Assembly (NCBI GenBank): GCA_004431415.1
Contig: QPMI01000511.1
Coordinates: forward strand, 1 to 64,000
Direction of reading: 5' to 3'
Length of the DNA: 64,000 nt
DNA from: Cyanophora paradoxa CCMP329
Lineage: Eukaryota; Plantae; Glaucophyta
Made by a program: the position numbers and the translations under genes. The notes under the pieces are model-generated. The model was given only the letters and a program-made list of their open reading frames with translations, had not been told where the DNA came from and ran no database searches. Each line of letters opens with the position of its first letter. The first letter of the stretch is position 1. Below are positions 9,701-21,515 of the stretch, piece by piece.

Positions 9701-12700
9701 CCAACGAGGGCCTCGCGCGCGGCAGAACGACAAGGCGAAGAGCCAGCTTTACTTCATGAAGGCGCGGACCCTCGGCCGCTCGCGAAAGACGGGGCCGGCC
9801 GCGGCTCTGACGGGGGCCGGGGCGGGGCAGGCGGACGAGGTGGAGGAGAGCGAGTCGCGGGCGACGGCGTCGCAGTCGGCGTCGCAGTCGCAGTCGCAGT
9901 CGGCGGGCGGGGGGACGGGGGCGGCGATGAGCGCCTCGGAGTCGGCCTCGGCCTCGTCTGGGGCCTCCTCCTCGGCCGCCGCCGCCAAGCGCCGCGCCCT
10001 CACCCGCGAGCTCCAGCTCCGCGCCAACGAGGCACGTCGACATCCTCCGCCGCCGCCGTGACCGAGGACGCGGCCTGCCCGGGCCGGGTTGACGCCGGGG
10101 CAGGTGAAGGCGGTGAAGCAGCTCTTCTGGGGGGTGGTGCTGGGGATCCTGGTGCTGGCGGCCCTCTCCTGCGCCATGTTCATCGTCGTCAAGCTCCTCT
10201 TCGTCGAGGCGCGCCCCCCGCCCCCCGGCCCCGCCCCTGGCCCCGCGCCCCGCGAGCCCCGCGCAGTACCAGCAGGCCCTCAAGCGCCTCCGCACCGACT
10301 CCTACCAGCGCCGCCGCGTCGTCGTCCGCCCCGCCCGCCCCCCGACCCGCCCCGCGCGGGACCGCCCCGGGGCCTCTGACAGGGGCGGGGGGCGGGGGGC
10401 GGCAGGCGGTGAACGCGTTCGTGCGGACGATGCAGCTCGCGGTGCGTCGATCGCGACGAGTTCCCTCTGCTCGCGCGATCCCCTTCTTGAACCGCGAGGC
10501 AGGCGTACAACAACGACACGGCGGCTTTCACGGCGGCCGCGGCGAACATCAAGGACCGTGCCGCCAACTACGCCCTCGACCATCGCAACCTGTCCGCCCG
10601 CCCCCCCGGCCCCATGCACCGCCCCCGCACGGCCACATGCATATGTACACTTAAGAGCTCGAGCTTAATATTTGATCGCCCCGGCCTGCCCTTCTCTGCA
10701 GGTACTTCGGGTTCAAAGACGGGTCGGGGATCCCGCCGAGCGTGTGGGACAAGATGATCCACTTCCAGCAGGACCCGACGATCCCCGTCAAGCGCTTCTT
10801 CCCGAGCGCCGACGGCGCCCGCACCTACACCGACACCATGAACTTCTCCTTCTGGGCGCGTCTTGCCCGCCCGAGCTCCCGGCGTCAACGCCAGCTCCGC
10901 CGGCTGCAGCCGCTCTGACGCGGCGGCCGCGCAGGACGTGGGCAACATGTGGAGCCTCGTCTGCAAGCGCATCTCCATCACGCCCCTCGAAGCGTTCCGC
11001 GGTGCGCCACGCCAAAACTCCACTGCGCGACGCACTCGAGCTGGGGGGCGGGGCAGAGGTGCGGAGCAACCGGGACGTGCGGCTGCTCTTCACGAACGTG
11101 ATGGGCCCCATCCACGACGCCCTCACGACCTCCGGCGTCCTCTACAAGGAGGAGGTGCTGAACATCATCGACAAGAGCAAGTGGATCATCCTGGCGGTGG
11201 CGGCCGTCTCCATCCTCGCCCTCGTCTGCCTCGAGCTCTTCGTCTTCCGCCCCTCCTTCAAGAAGGCGCGCCGCCCCCGCGCTGTCTCGCATCGCCTCGT
11301 CGCGCCTCACGCCCTCCACCCGCGGCCCCTTGTCCGCGCGCAGGTCCGGGCCACCATGCGCGGAGGTGCCACCTCCCCCCCTCCCCGCCTCCCGCTGAGC
11401 GCGACTGACGTGCACATGCGCCCCGCCGCGCAGTGTCGGACATCCTCTCCAACATCCCCCGCCACTGTGCGTTCCTGCGGCGATTCTACCCGAAGCCTTT
11501 GTTCGAATTCGCTTCGCCGCTGATCACGAGCCTCCTCGCGCGCAGTGCTCAAGCAAATCGCGAAGCATTACGGCAAGGTGCGCAGATGGCACCTGCAGTT
11601 CCCGGTCGCGTCCGATCCGTTTCGAGCGCGGCGCCGCTGCAGATGCACGAGAAGGAGAACGAGGGGTCGGACGATGAGGCGAAAGGGAAGGGCAGCGAGC
11701 ACGGCACCGACGAGAGCGACGCGGAGAAGGAGGGCGAGGGCGACAAGGGGAGCGGCGAAGGGAGCGGCGACGAGAGCGGCGGGGAGAAGCGCAAGGGGCA
11801 TTTGAAGGGGAGGCGGCGGGGCCGGACGGGGGATCAGGTGCGGGATGTGAGCGAGGCGCCCTCGGAGGACGAGTCGGAGGCGGCGGAGCGGCGCCGGCGC
11901 GGCCGCCGCGCCCGCTCCAAGCGCCGCGACTCCGACTCCTCCTCCGACGACGACAAGGCCCGCCGCAAGCGCAAGGCCCGCGCTGCGGCCAAGGCCAAGG
12001 CCTCCGGCGCCAAGGCCGGCGCCGGCGGCTCCGGCGGCGATGGCGAGTCGGGCGAGGAGGAGGCGGGGCGCCCCAAGCCGAGAGTGACGTCCGAGATGGC
12101 TCTTGACCTGGCCTTGGAGGATGCGGACACGGAGGCGGAGGCGGCCGACCGCGACCGCGAGGCGGCGGCGATCGCAAGCGCGGCGGAGCTCGCGATCGAG
12201 CGGGCGTCGACCGGCGACATCGACCGCGAGACGGGGAGCGGAGGCGGCGACGTGAGCGCGGCGCTCGGAGTGCCCGTGGAGGTGCTCCCCGTCAACTCCC
12301 TCGAGCGCATCGCCGCTCTCAGCCCCAGCTTCTCCGACGGCCGGCCCAGCCCCCCGTGCGCCTTAAAGTTTCCCGTCTTTGGCGCCGTGATCACGACGGC
12401 GTCGACTAATGAGCCGGGGCCGCCGGGGCAGGCACTCGCTGCGGATCGGGGGCAGCTCGGACCGGGAGGAGGCGGAGGACGGGATCGAGAAGATCCTCAG
12501 CCTCTCGCTCGAGGCCAAACCCGCTTCCAAGCCGGCCCTCGGGAAGGGCCCCAGGAGCTTCGAGGCGCCGGCGGAGAGCCTGAAGCTGCGGGGCGGGCGG
12601 CGCCGCTCGTCGCAGCTGAGCTCGGAGGCGGCGCTGGACGGCCCCGCCGGCAAGTACGAGCAGAAGGGCATCCTCCGCCGCCAGTCCAAGGCCGACCTCG

Positions 12701-15581
12701 CCGACGCGGAGGAGGAGAAGGGCGCCAGTGCGGCCCCCGCCCGCCCGCCGCCCTCGGACTCGCGCGCCTGAGGGCGGCGCTGCGCAGGCGGGAAGGAGAG
12801 CCGCCGGGAGAAGCGGGGCGGGCGGAAGGAGAAAATGGAGAAGGTCTCCAAGAAGGACGGCGCGGAGGACGGGAAGGACGAGGCGGACAAGAAGAGGAAG
12901 AAGGCAAAGGAGGGGGAGAAGAAGAAGGCGCAGGCGGACGCGGCGGACGCGAAGAAGGACACGGGGCCCGACGTGTGCGTTCATTCCCGTTCGCGTGGAA
13001 GGATTGCAAGCCGCTGAGCTTCGAGAGATCCCGGACGGAGCGGGGCGGGGGGCATAGCACGAACCTTGCACGTGCCCGGGCATAGTCGAATCGAAGGCCG
13101 CCTGCTGACGGGGAGGGCGGGCCCGCAGACTCACCGTCCTCACGTACAAGTACCTCACCGTGCGCCCCGCGCCCGTGGCTGCGCATGCCGCGCTTGCTCA
13201 CGTGTTCACCGTGTTCTGATCCGGCTCTGCGCGCAGGCATTCGTCATCCTCGGGGTGAGCATGCGCGGGCGCTGCTTTCGCGTCCGATGGCACTGCTTCC
13301 GAAGACGTCGAGGCTCCCGGTCGCGAAGATTACGCATCGATATTCCTCTGATCATGAGCTCCGCCCTCGACGCGCAGGCGATCATCGCCGTGAACTTCTT
13401 CGTGTGCTTCTTCATCCTGGAGAAGGGGAAGCCGTTCGCGGCGGAGCTGGACTACTCGGGCCGCCGCCGCTCCGTCGCCCGCGAGATCTACTTCTACGCA
13501 AAGGAGCTCTACGTCAACGACGGCGCGCGAGCCATGATCAATCTCCTCCGCGTATGCCGGTGTTGCTGACGCTCACTCGCCACCGGACATGCGCAGGGAT
13601 GTACCTGGCGCGGGCGCCGCTGTACGCGCGGATGAAGAACCGCCTCGACCGCCTTCGCCTCCACGAACAGGCCCGTTCTGCTGGCGGGCTCACCCGGACC
13701 CGTCCCGGCGCTGAGGGGCGGCGCGCAGAACCTGAAGTTCGGCAACTCGCTAGCCGAGTTCCAGCTGCCCGGCACCGACAAGCGCAACGCGAAGCTCGAC
13801 GCCCTGATGTACGACTCGCCCCAGGTGCGATCGCGAGTCACACCGTCGACGTCGGATGATTCGAGATGATTTACGTCCATCGCGCGTATCTTCGGCACAC
13901 GCCGACGTCGACAATGACGCGGCCGCGGGGCACCGCAGTGCCTGCTGGCGAACAAGGAGAAGTGCACGGAGACGCGCAACGAGGACATGCAGCTCGTCTC
14001 CAACGGCACGCCATTCACTTTGCGCGGCCAGCGGCGAGCGTTTCTTCCGTGATGCGGGGCGGGGGCGGGGGCAGGGCTGGACGCGCTGGTGCTGGGCTTC
14101 GTGGACCTCGGGTACCAGATCCTGATGGACCTCGCGCCGGACCTGCACCTCACGGGCAAGGAGGACGCCGCCATGTACCCCCAGGGCGCCAAGAAGGCCG
14201 TCTACACCGGCGTCGACAACGTCAAGAACCTGCGCATCATGACGCAGGTGCGGCGCGCTGGAAGAGGGCGAATCGGCTACTCGAAAGTGTTTCCGTTTCT
14301 GCGGAACGACGCCACTGACACCGGGGCGGGTGCGACGTCGCTGCGCATGCAGGTGGACGCGGCGGACTTGGACGAGGGGCTGGCGTCGGCGGCGACGCTG
14401 CTGAACGAGGAGGCGCTGGCGACGATGGGCGTCGTCGAGCTGCTCGAGGCCCTCATCCTCGTCTTCAACGTGCGTCTGGCCGCCCATGACCAGGCCTAGG
14501 CCTGGCCATGGCCGCTAAAGATTTGTGGGAATTCGACCCGTTCCTATGGGAATCCCGCACCGGAACCGTACCATTCTAGATCTAGATCTCCACAAGATGG
14601 CGTTACACATCAGAAAGCCATCCGGATCCCACGCCGACGCCTGCCCGCCGAAAATCAATATTCATGGGAATCCAACACATTTGAATCGGAATCCTACGCC
14701 AAACCCGTGTAATATTAATCTTCCACTAGCCATCCTAGATTTAGATCTGAGTATTTCGAAGCCTATCCGTCACGGTCTATGGAAATCCACCCCGTCGCAA
14801 TGGGAATACACCCCGTCGCAATGGAAATCCACCCCGTCGCAATGGGAATACACCCCGTTGCAATGGAAATCCACCCCGTCGCAATGGAAATCCACCCCGT
14901 CGCAATGGGAATCCACCCCGTTGCAATGGAAATCCACCCCGTCGCAATGGAAATCCACCCCGTCGCAATGGGAATCCACCCCGTTGCAATGGGAATCCGA
15001 CAGCAAAGCAATATAATCTTCCAGTTCCGGCCACCGCTCTATGCGAATTCTACTCCGACCTAATGTTATATGAATTCCATTCCAAAACCATGCGATTTTC
15101 CACGATATAGCATTTCAAAAGCCGTTCGCCATCGCGATCGCAGCGTTCTTTCGAAACGCATTCCACGTGTCCCACATGCATTAATATTGGGAATCAGCGC
15201 ATTGCAAACCCCCCCCCACCCCCCACCCCACCCCCACCCCCTCTCTCCCTCTACCCTTCCCCCACCCCCAGTAATGGCCAACCTCGCGGCGCCGGCGCAG
15301 ACGTGCTTCCTGCTGCTTCTGTACGTGTACCTCTTCTCGCCAATGCTCAACCGCCTGCGCGAGGAGTCGGGCCGCACGGGCCAGATTCTGTGCGCCGCCC
15401 CATCCGCGCTCGCGATCGCCGGCGCCGAGTCCGGGCTTACGGGGCGCTCCGTGCGCGCGCGGCGGGCGCGTGCAGGCGGATGCTGCCAAAGGACGTCGTG
15501 CTGAAGTGCCGCCACCTGCACGTCTACTACGTCGGCATCGCCGACGACGAGTCCGACGCCGACTCCGACCGCGACGACTGA
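6729..15581 (+). CDS. TmcB/TmcC (tiny macrocysts)-like multi-pass membrane protein, tens of introns
   Basis: N-terminal TM bundle (PHGRF..Y, LYFLPNYHAPMN), helical repeats (YPTSAYLSIV.YGHFM; LLKRFPSSKILLRSYGAFL), Ser-rich linker, TM-loop-TM modules ending FVFRPSFKK and, after an 831-nt intron, LYVYLFSPMLNRLREESGRTGQILRMLPKDVV...TGA 15581. Confidence 0.72.
14470..15300 (+). other. Unusually long (831 nt), AT-richer GT-AG intron containing a minisatellite
   Basis: Donor AAC|GTGCGT at 14470, acceptor GCGCAG|ACG at 15300; joining gives one continuous TM helix LLEALILVFN-TCFLLLLYVYLF. Confidence 0.75.
14779..14998. repeat. 21-bp minisatellite, 10.5 copies
   Basis: Unit ATGG[A/G]AAT[C/A]CACCCCGT[C/T]GCA head-to-tail with no spacers; later copies show a 63-bp higher-order period. 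Confidence 0.97.
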
Positions 15582-15699
15582 GGCCCCGCCCCGGCCCCGC
15601 GCCGCCCATGGCCAGGCCAGCCGCCGGCGCGCCGAGCGACGCGCTGGCGCGTGTGCTACAGTACTAGTGCGAGCCTGCCGGCGCCGGGCCGAGACAGCG

Positions 15700-17030
15700 C
15701 CGACGTCATCGTGAAGTCGGTTGATACCCTCGAGCTCGCGCGATCGTTGCATCGTATCTTTAAATTTTTTGCACCCTGAGAGTATGCATCGCACTCAAAT
15801 GCCGTCCTGGAGTCTTTCGGGGGTGTCGACATCGACGTTGGACATGTGTACATGTACACTCGACGTATGCGTTGACGTCTTCGATCGCGGGGGCGTCGAC
15901 GTCGCCTTCGGTTTTTCGAATTCTAACCGTCTATACAACGTACAATTATATAAGCTATAGCTGCAACCTCCATTTTCATGCAGTTACGTATGCGCACTGT
16001 CATGATCAATTAATATTAATAGTATAATCGTTTACTAGTTATGTCGCGATCGATATCGTATTGCCAGGCTAGATAGCTGGGGACTGGTATCATTGGGGTA
16101 CATTTTGCAATTTGCACGGTAGCCAACGTCCCAGGTCAAAGAATCCAATGATCACGATTTCGGCTCTTGAATCTTCTCTTGCACATTTTGCAATTATAGA
16201 TTTGAGATGTACATTTTACACTGTTGCAGGCCGTGCTGTACGCGTACGCGTCACGTGCACTGTGTCTTCTTTGACTATCGAGTTGGACTTCAGTCGACGT
16301 CAACGTTGCAATTGTGATCATGATGCTGCATCTGCTGCTAGCTGAGTTTTCTATATGTTGTACATGTAAGCGCAGACAGCCATATCATGCAGCTTTATAC
16401 AGAATAAGCATATAGATATCGTGGTCGCATGCATATATGATCATGGTGTTCGCGTCGACGTTCTTGAATGTCTTCCGGGTCCGTATATTACGTACGCTAG
16501 CGCTTATTCTAGAAAGAATAATAGTAAACGTAGTCCTAGATGTAGAGTTTTCACAGATCGCCCTCTTCATCAATTATCATCATTGACCTGTCGATGTAAT
16601 TACCAAATATTGATCGCATGTCGATCTCGATTAACAAATTACATTAATACGGTACCGCATCCTCGCGCGCATACAAATGATAGTCTTTCGAGTTTTCGCC
16701 CGGCCCCATTTCAGGCTCGCGATAGCTTCATTAAATTTCTCTCCATAGCTAGGCCTCAGTATGTGCACGCGCGCTCGAGCTCGTGATCAGGGCCCCCTCG
16801 GAACCTAATTCGAATTCTTTCCCCCAGCTGCAGGCCACACACACCCCTCCCTCCCTCCCCCCCCCCCCCCTGCCAAGGCCTAGCTATATATAGGCCTGCT
16901 CATGTCACGATCCATGCCTGCGGCTGCATGCGCAGGTGACCGGTGCCGCGCCGCGGCGGTGCGAAAGTGCACGTGCGACGTCGCGGCGCGAACGCGTACG
17001 CAGTAGCTTCGAATCCAAGTATACGTGTAC
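15700..17030. other. AT-richer, palindrome-dense intergenic tract, possibly a decayed element
   Basis: Sharp drop in GC, no host-like exon/intron pattern, palindromes such as GTGTACATGTACAC (15846-15859) and ATTAATATTAAT (16009-16020). Confidence 0.5.
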
Positions 17031-17124
17031 GTGATAGGCTAGTAGCTTCCATGCCGGCATGCGCAGCAGTTGATCATCAGGTGCCACGGTGCGCGGGCTA
17101 AAGATCCGCCGGCGGCCCTTGCCG

Positions 17125-20100
17125 TCATCCGGCGGGAAGGGCGAGCAGCTCGCAGAGGCGCGGGGCGACCGTCGGCCCGCACGCTCCGCACAGCCGCCCC
17201 GCGGGGCCCGCCGGGGCCCCCGCCGGGGCCCCCTCCGGCGCCCCTTCCGTCCCACCGGGCGCTGCGGCCGAAGGGAGACTCCGGGGGCAGCGCCGGAGAG
17301 GTCTCCGGGGCGCAGGCGGCCCCGCAGCGCCAGCAGCCGCAGCCGCCGCCGGCCTCGCCCTCGCCCTCGCCCCCTGGCGGCCCCGGCGCCGGCGGCGCGG
17401 GCCCAGGGGCACCAGCCAGGGGCCGGCCCCCGGGGCGGCCGCCAGCAGGCTGCTCAGCGCCGCGTTGGGCACCAGCAGCCGCCGCGCCCGCGTCGCCGCC
17501 ACGTAGCTGGGGGTGCGCGCGTCGGGCCCCGACCGAGCGGCCGCGGGGGTACGGGCGGCGCACAGGACGTTTGCCTCGTCGCAGAGGCGCGCGTGCTCCG
17601 CCGGCGACAGGTGCTGCGGAGCAAGCAGGGGTACGACGTCCTGAAAATCGTCCAGCCTGGCGGGAAGACGCAGTTCGGATCGGCAAAGGGGTGCGATGGG
17701 GAACGGGCGCAACAGGACGACGGCGGGGTACTCGAGCCCTTTGCTCCGGTGCGCGGTCGAGAGGGCGACCTGGGGGCACAGCGAGAATCGGACGGGGGTA
17801 CAGCGGGCTGGACGGGGCGAGCGGACCGTCGCCTCCGCGCGCGGAGCAAGCATCGCGAGCACGTCAGCGATCTGCTCGCGGGGCGGAAGGAGTGAAGGGC
17901 GCGGGGTGGAAAGAGTGAAGGGCGCGGGGGCGCAGAGGAGGGGGTACCGCACCATTTGGGGGATGCCGTTCCCGTGCCGCGCCACGAGGCGCGCCCGCGC
18001 CGCCAGCTCCTGCAGACGGGTATGAGCGCCTCCCGGGGTCCCCCGAGGGGGAGGGGGCACGGCGCGCCCGGTCGTCGAGGGCGGCGGCGTGGCGCTGGAG
18101 CTCCGCAAAGGTCCCGTACCCCCGCACCTCTGCGGGGCGGGGCCTCGGCCCGGCGCGGGAGGGCGCGGGGGGCGCGGGGGCGGACCCGGGCAGCGGACGA
18201 GGTCGGGGCGGGCGGCCCAGAGGTGGTAGACGTCCCACAGGCCCTCCACCAGCTCCCCCTCCCCGCCACCCTGCCGCCCGCCTCGCGCCGCGCCCGAAGC
18301 GGCGGAGGGGCGGGGCGGGGCGGGGCGGGCCTCGAGGCAGGCGCGGAGGCCGGAAGGCGCGAGGCGCGCGGCGGCAGCGAAGAGCGCCCCGTTCGAGCGC
18401 GCCAGCAGCGCGCTGCGGGGCGCGGGGCCGGTGAGGGCCAGAAGGCGGGCGGGGGCGGGGCGGGCCATGCGGGGCGGGGCCGAGGGGCAGGCGGCGACGG
18501 CCTCCTCGACGGAGAGGCCCGGGACGACAGCGTCGGGGCCCCTGCGGCCGCTCGGGCGGGGCGGGGCGGGAGCGGGAGGGGGCGCGGGCGGACGCGAGGC
18601 CCTGGAGGGTGCGGGCCTCGCGCTTGCAGAGCCGCAGCAGCGCCGAGGCCGCCCCGCGATGTTGCCCCGAACCGGAAGCTGCCCCCGCCCCCGCCCTCGC
18701 TCCCGCGCCCCCGAGGGGCCCGCGGGGCCGGCGCGGGCGCGGCGGGGGCGGGGGCGGGCCTGGCGGTGAGGGGGAAGACGCGGGCGGGCCCCCGGATGGA
18801 GGCCATCGCGTCCGCCGCCCCCCGGAACGAGTACAGTTGCTGCGCCGGGGGCAGCGCTCGGGGGGTGGGGGGAAGAGCGGAGGGGGGTACGGGGAGCGGA
18901 CCTGGTGGGGGTCGCCGACGACGAGGACGCCCACGCGCTGGCCCAGCAGCACGCGCGCCGTCAGCGGGTTCGAGTCCTGCCGGGGCCGTCAGCCCGCCGA
19001 TTCGGGGGCGGGGAGCGACAGCGGGGTACCTGGGCCTCGTCGAGGAAGACGAGGTCGTAGGAGCGCTCCAGCGCGGGGGGCGACGCCGCGAAGAGCTTCA
19101 GGTACCTGAGGGGGGTACGCGCGCTCGAGCAAGCGGGGGCGGGGGGGCGGGGATGCGCGGGCGGGCCCGTCGTGGAGCATGGGCACGGCCTCGTCGGCGG
19201 GGTCCCGCATGCGGCGCCAGAGCTCCCGCGCCAGGCCCAGCAGCGCCCCCGCCTGCCGCCGGCGTCGAGGGCGGCGGGGGCGCGCGGGGGGGCGAGGCAC
19301 CTTCGGGCCGTTGCGCGCCGCCTCGGGGAGGTGCGCCTGGGGAGGGTGAGGGCCGACGGTGCGCGAGGGGGAGGGGCGCGGGCGGGGGCGACCTCGGCCG
19401 GCTCGGGGTCGGCGGAGGCGAGGAAGGTCAGGAGGCCCCGCCGCGCGTGCGCCGCCTCGAAGGGCGACTGCACCCCCAGCGCCTGCGCGCCCCCGGCCCC
19501 ACTCGCACGCGGCGCCCCGCGCAGGTCCGGCGGGGTGCCGGCGCACCCGCATGACGGCCCGGACGGGTAGGGAGCCGCGGAGCTTGGCGCGGTACCCTTT
19601 CCCCACCGCCGCGAACGCCATCGCGTGGAGCGTCGTGCACGTCACGTTCTGGGGGTACGGCCTCAGCGGAAAGGATGGGAAGGAGGGGAAAAGGGTTATG
19701 CACCTTCGGGAATGTGCCCTGGGCAGAGGCGGCGAGGTCCTGGGCGGGGTACGAGGGGGGGGGAGGTGGGGGACGAGGCTGAGCGGCGCGCGGGGCGGCT
19801 CCGCGAGAAGAAGTGGGGTGCACCCTGTTGTAGCAGACGTACAGGAAGCGCTTCTTGGGCCTGCGAGGGGTGAGCTGGCGGGAGGGGCGAGAGGGGGTAC
19901 GCGCACCTCGCGAGGGCGTACTCGCGCAGAACGGTCGTCTTTCCGGTACCCGCCAGGGCCTCGACCTGCTCGCGCAGTCGGCGGGGCGGCGCGCGAGAGG
20001 GGTACGGGGCTCCGCCGCGCCTTGACGATGGCGCCGGGGGGTACGTCGTGGCGCACGACGCGGCGCTGCTGCTCCGTGAGGGCGCGGGGGGTGCCCGGCC

Positions 20101-21145
20101 CGCCGCACGGTCGCGGGGGGGCGGCGAGGGCGCGGCACAGGACGTGGGCCTTCGGCGCGAGTCTGAGGGGGTCTCAAGGGCGGGCCGGGGCGGGAGGGGG
20201 GGGCGGGCGCGGGCGGCGCTCACTCGGCGTAGGGGCGGTGCGGAGGGCGCAGGCGACCGCGTGGGCGGCCTCGGGGCGGCGCGGCGCGCGCACTCGGCCA
20301 GCGCCTGCAGCTCCTGCGCCGAGCCGCACGCGAAGACCCCCGCAGGAGGCCGCCGGCCGCCGCGGGGAGCCCCGCGTCGCCCAGCAGTCCCGCGACGCTG
20401 CCCCAGCCGCGCCCCGCCGCGTGCGCCTCCGCCGCCCCCGCGCCCGCCCCGCCGCCTCCGGCTCCCCGTCCTCGAGCGCCGCCAGGCGGCGCCGCCAGAG
20501 GAAGCGCGGGGCGGCGGCGGCGCGGGCCCAGGCGCGGCAGACGCGGCGCGCGGCCACCAGCTCGTGCGCGCTCAGCTGCTCGAAGATTTCCGCCAGAAGC
20601 TCTTCACCCAGGTCCTCCGCGCCCCTCGCGCGCGCCGGCGGCCCCGGAGCGGCCGGCGCGCCCGCCCGCCTCGGAGGATCTTGCGCGGGCCTTCCCGGGG
20701 CCGTCTTGCGCCTCTTCTTCGCGTTCGAGCCGGCGCCCGACGCTGGGGCCGCCGACAGGAAGGACCAGCTCCTGCGAAGCCCCTGCCGCTCCTCGGCGGA
20801 GAGCGGCGCCGCCTGCCTGCTGCTCGACAGCTCGAGCTCGGTTGGAGCGAAGGCTGGAACCGAGTGGCAGCTGCTGGGCGCGTCCGGCGCGCTGCACCGC
20901 ACGGGGTCGCTGCAGGAGGCCTGGGAGGGGCGCGGCTGGCTCGCGTTTGCGGCGAGGCCTTCATTCTCGTCGCGCGGAGGGCCATACGCCTCACACGCGG
21001 CGTCGGCGTCGTCGTCGCTCGGGTCGAGGTCGATGACCTCGGGCGCAAGCACTGGCGCAGGCGCAGGCGCCGCCGCGCGCTTCGCCCATAGCTGCGGCAG
21101 CGTCCCCGCGACGCCACCCCGCTGAGCGGGCTGCCGGCGGCCCAT
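17125..21145 (-). CDS. FBH1: F-box DNA helicase 1-like (F-box + UvrD/SF1 helicase)
   Basis: F-box EELLAEIFEQLSAHELVAARRVCRAW; SF1 motifs ALAGTGKTT, FLYVCYN, VFLDEAQD, VVGDPHQ.LYSFRGA, SFRFG, ARSNGALF, STAHRSKGLEY, YVAATRAR. Confidence 0.85.
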
Positions 21146-21515
21146 CAATTTCGAATGGGAGGGGGGTAGGCCTCGAGATCCGAGCCTTCCGAGGACCTCA
21201 GCAGAACAGCAGCAGCAGCAGAGCAGGAGCTCGCAAGCGCGGCCTCGAAGGCTTGCGCAGCGGACGCTTGCCCGAGTACCAGCGCGCCCTCGAGCTCCGA
21301 GGCGTGCCGGTCCGGTTCATCGCGCCGCCGGCGCGAGACTGGCGCCACGCAGAGGGTCCAGTTCGACTCGATCGCTCGCTTAGAAGATCGGACCTGGTCC
21401 TGCGGACCGTGCGGAGCGGCCGGGCGCCCTGCGCCCTGCACGCGACTTCTGCCGAGGGCTCGAACGAGGCCGCGAGCTTCCCGGGGTCGACCCACGCGCG
21501 CGGCCTGTGAGGGCG

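Noticed and set aside
14779-14998. CRISPR array or repeat protein (MEIHPVA)n
   Set aside because: No spacers, no cas genes, eukaryotic intron context; open frames on both strands follow from a stop-poor 21-bp unit.
15274-15581. Independent small gene starting at ATG 15274
   Set aside because: Better explained as the last two exons of the TmcB-like gene, completing a TM helix and the typical C-terminal motif.
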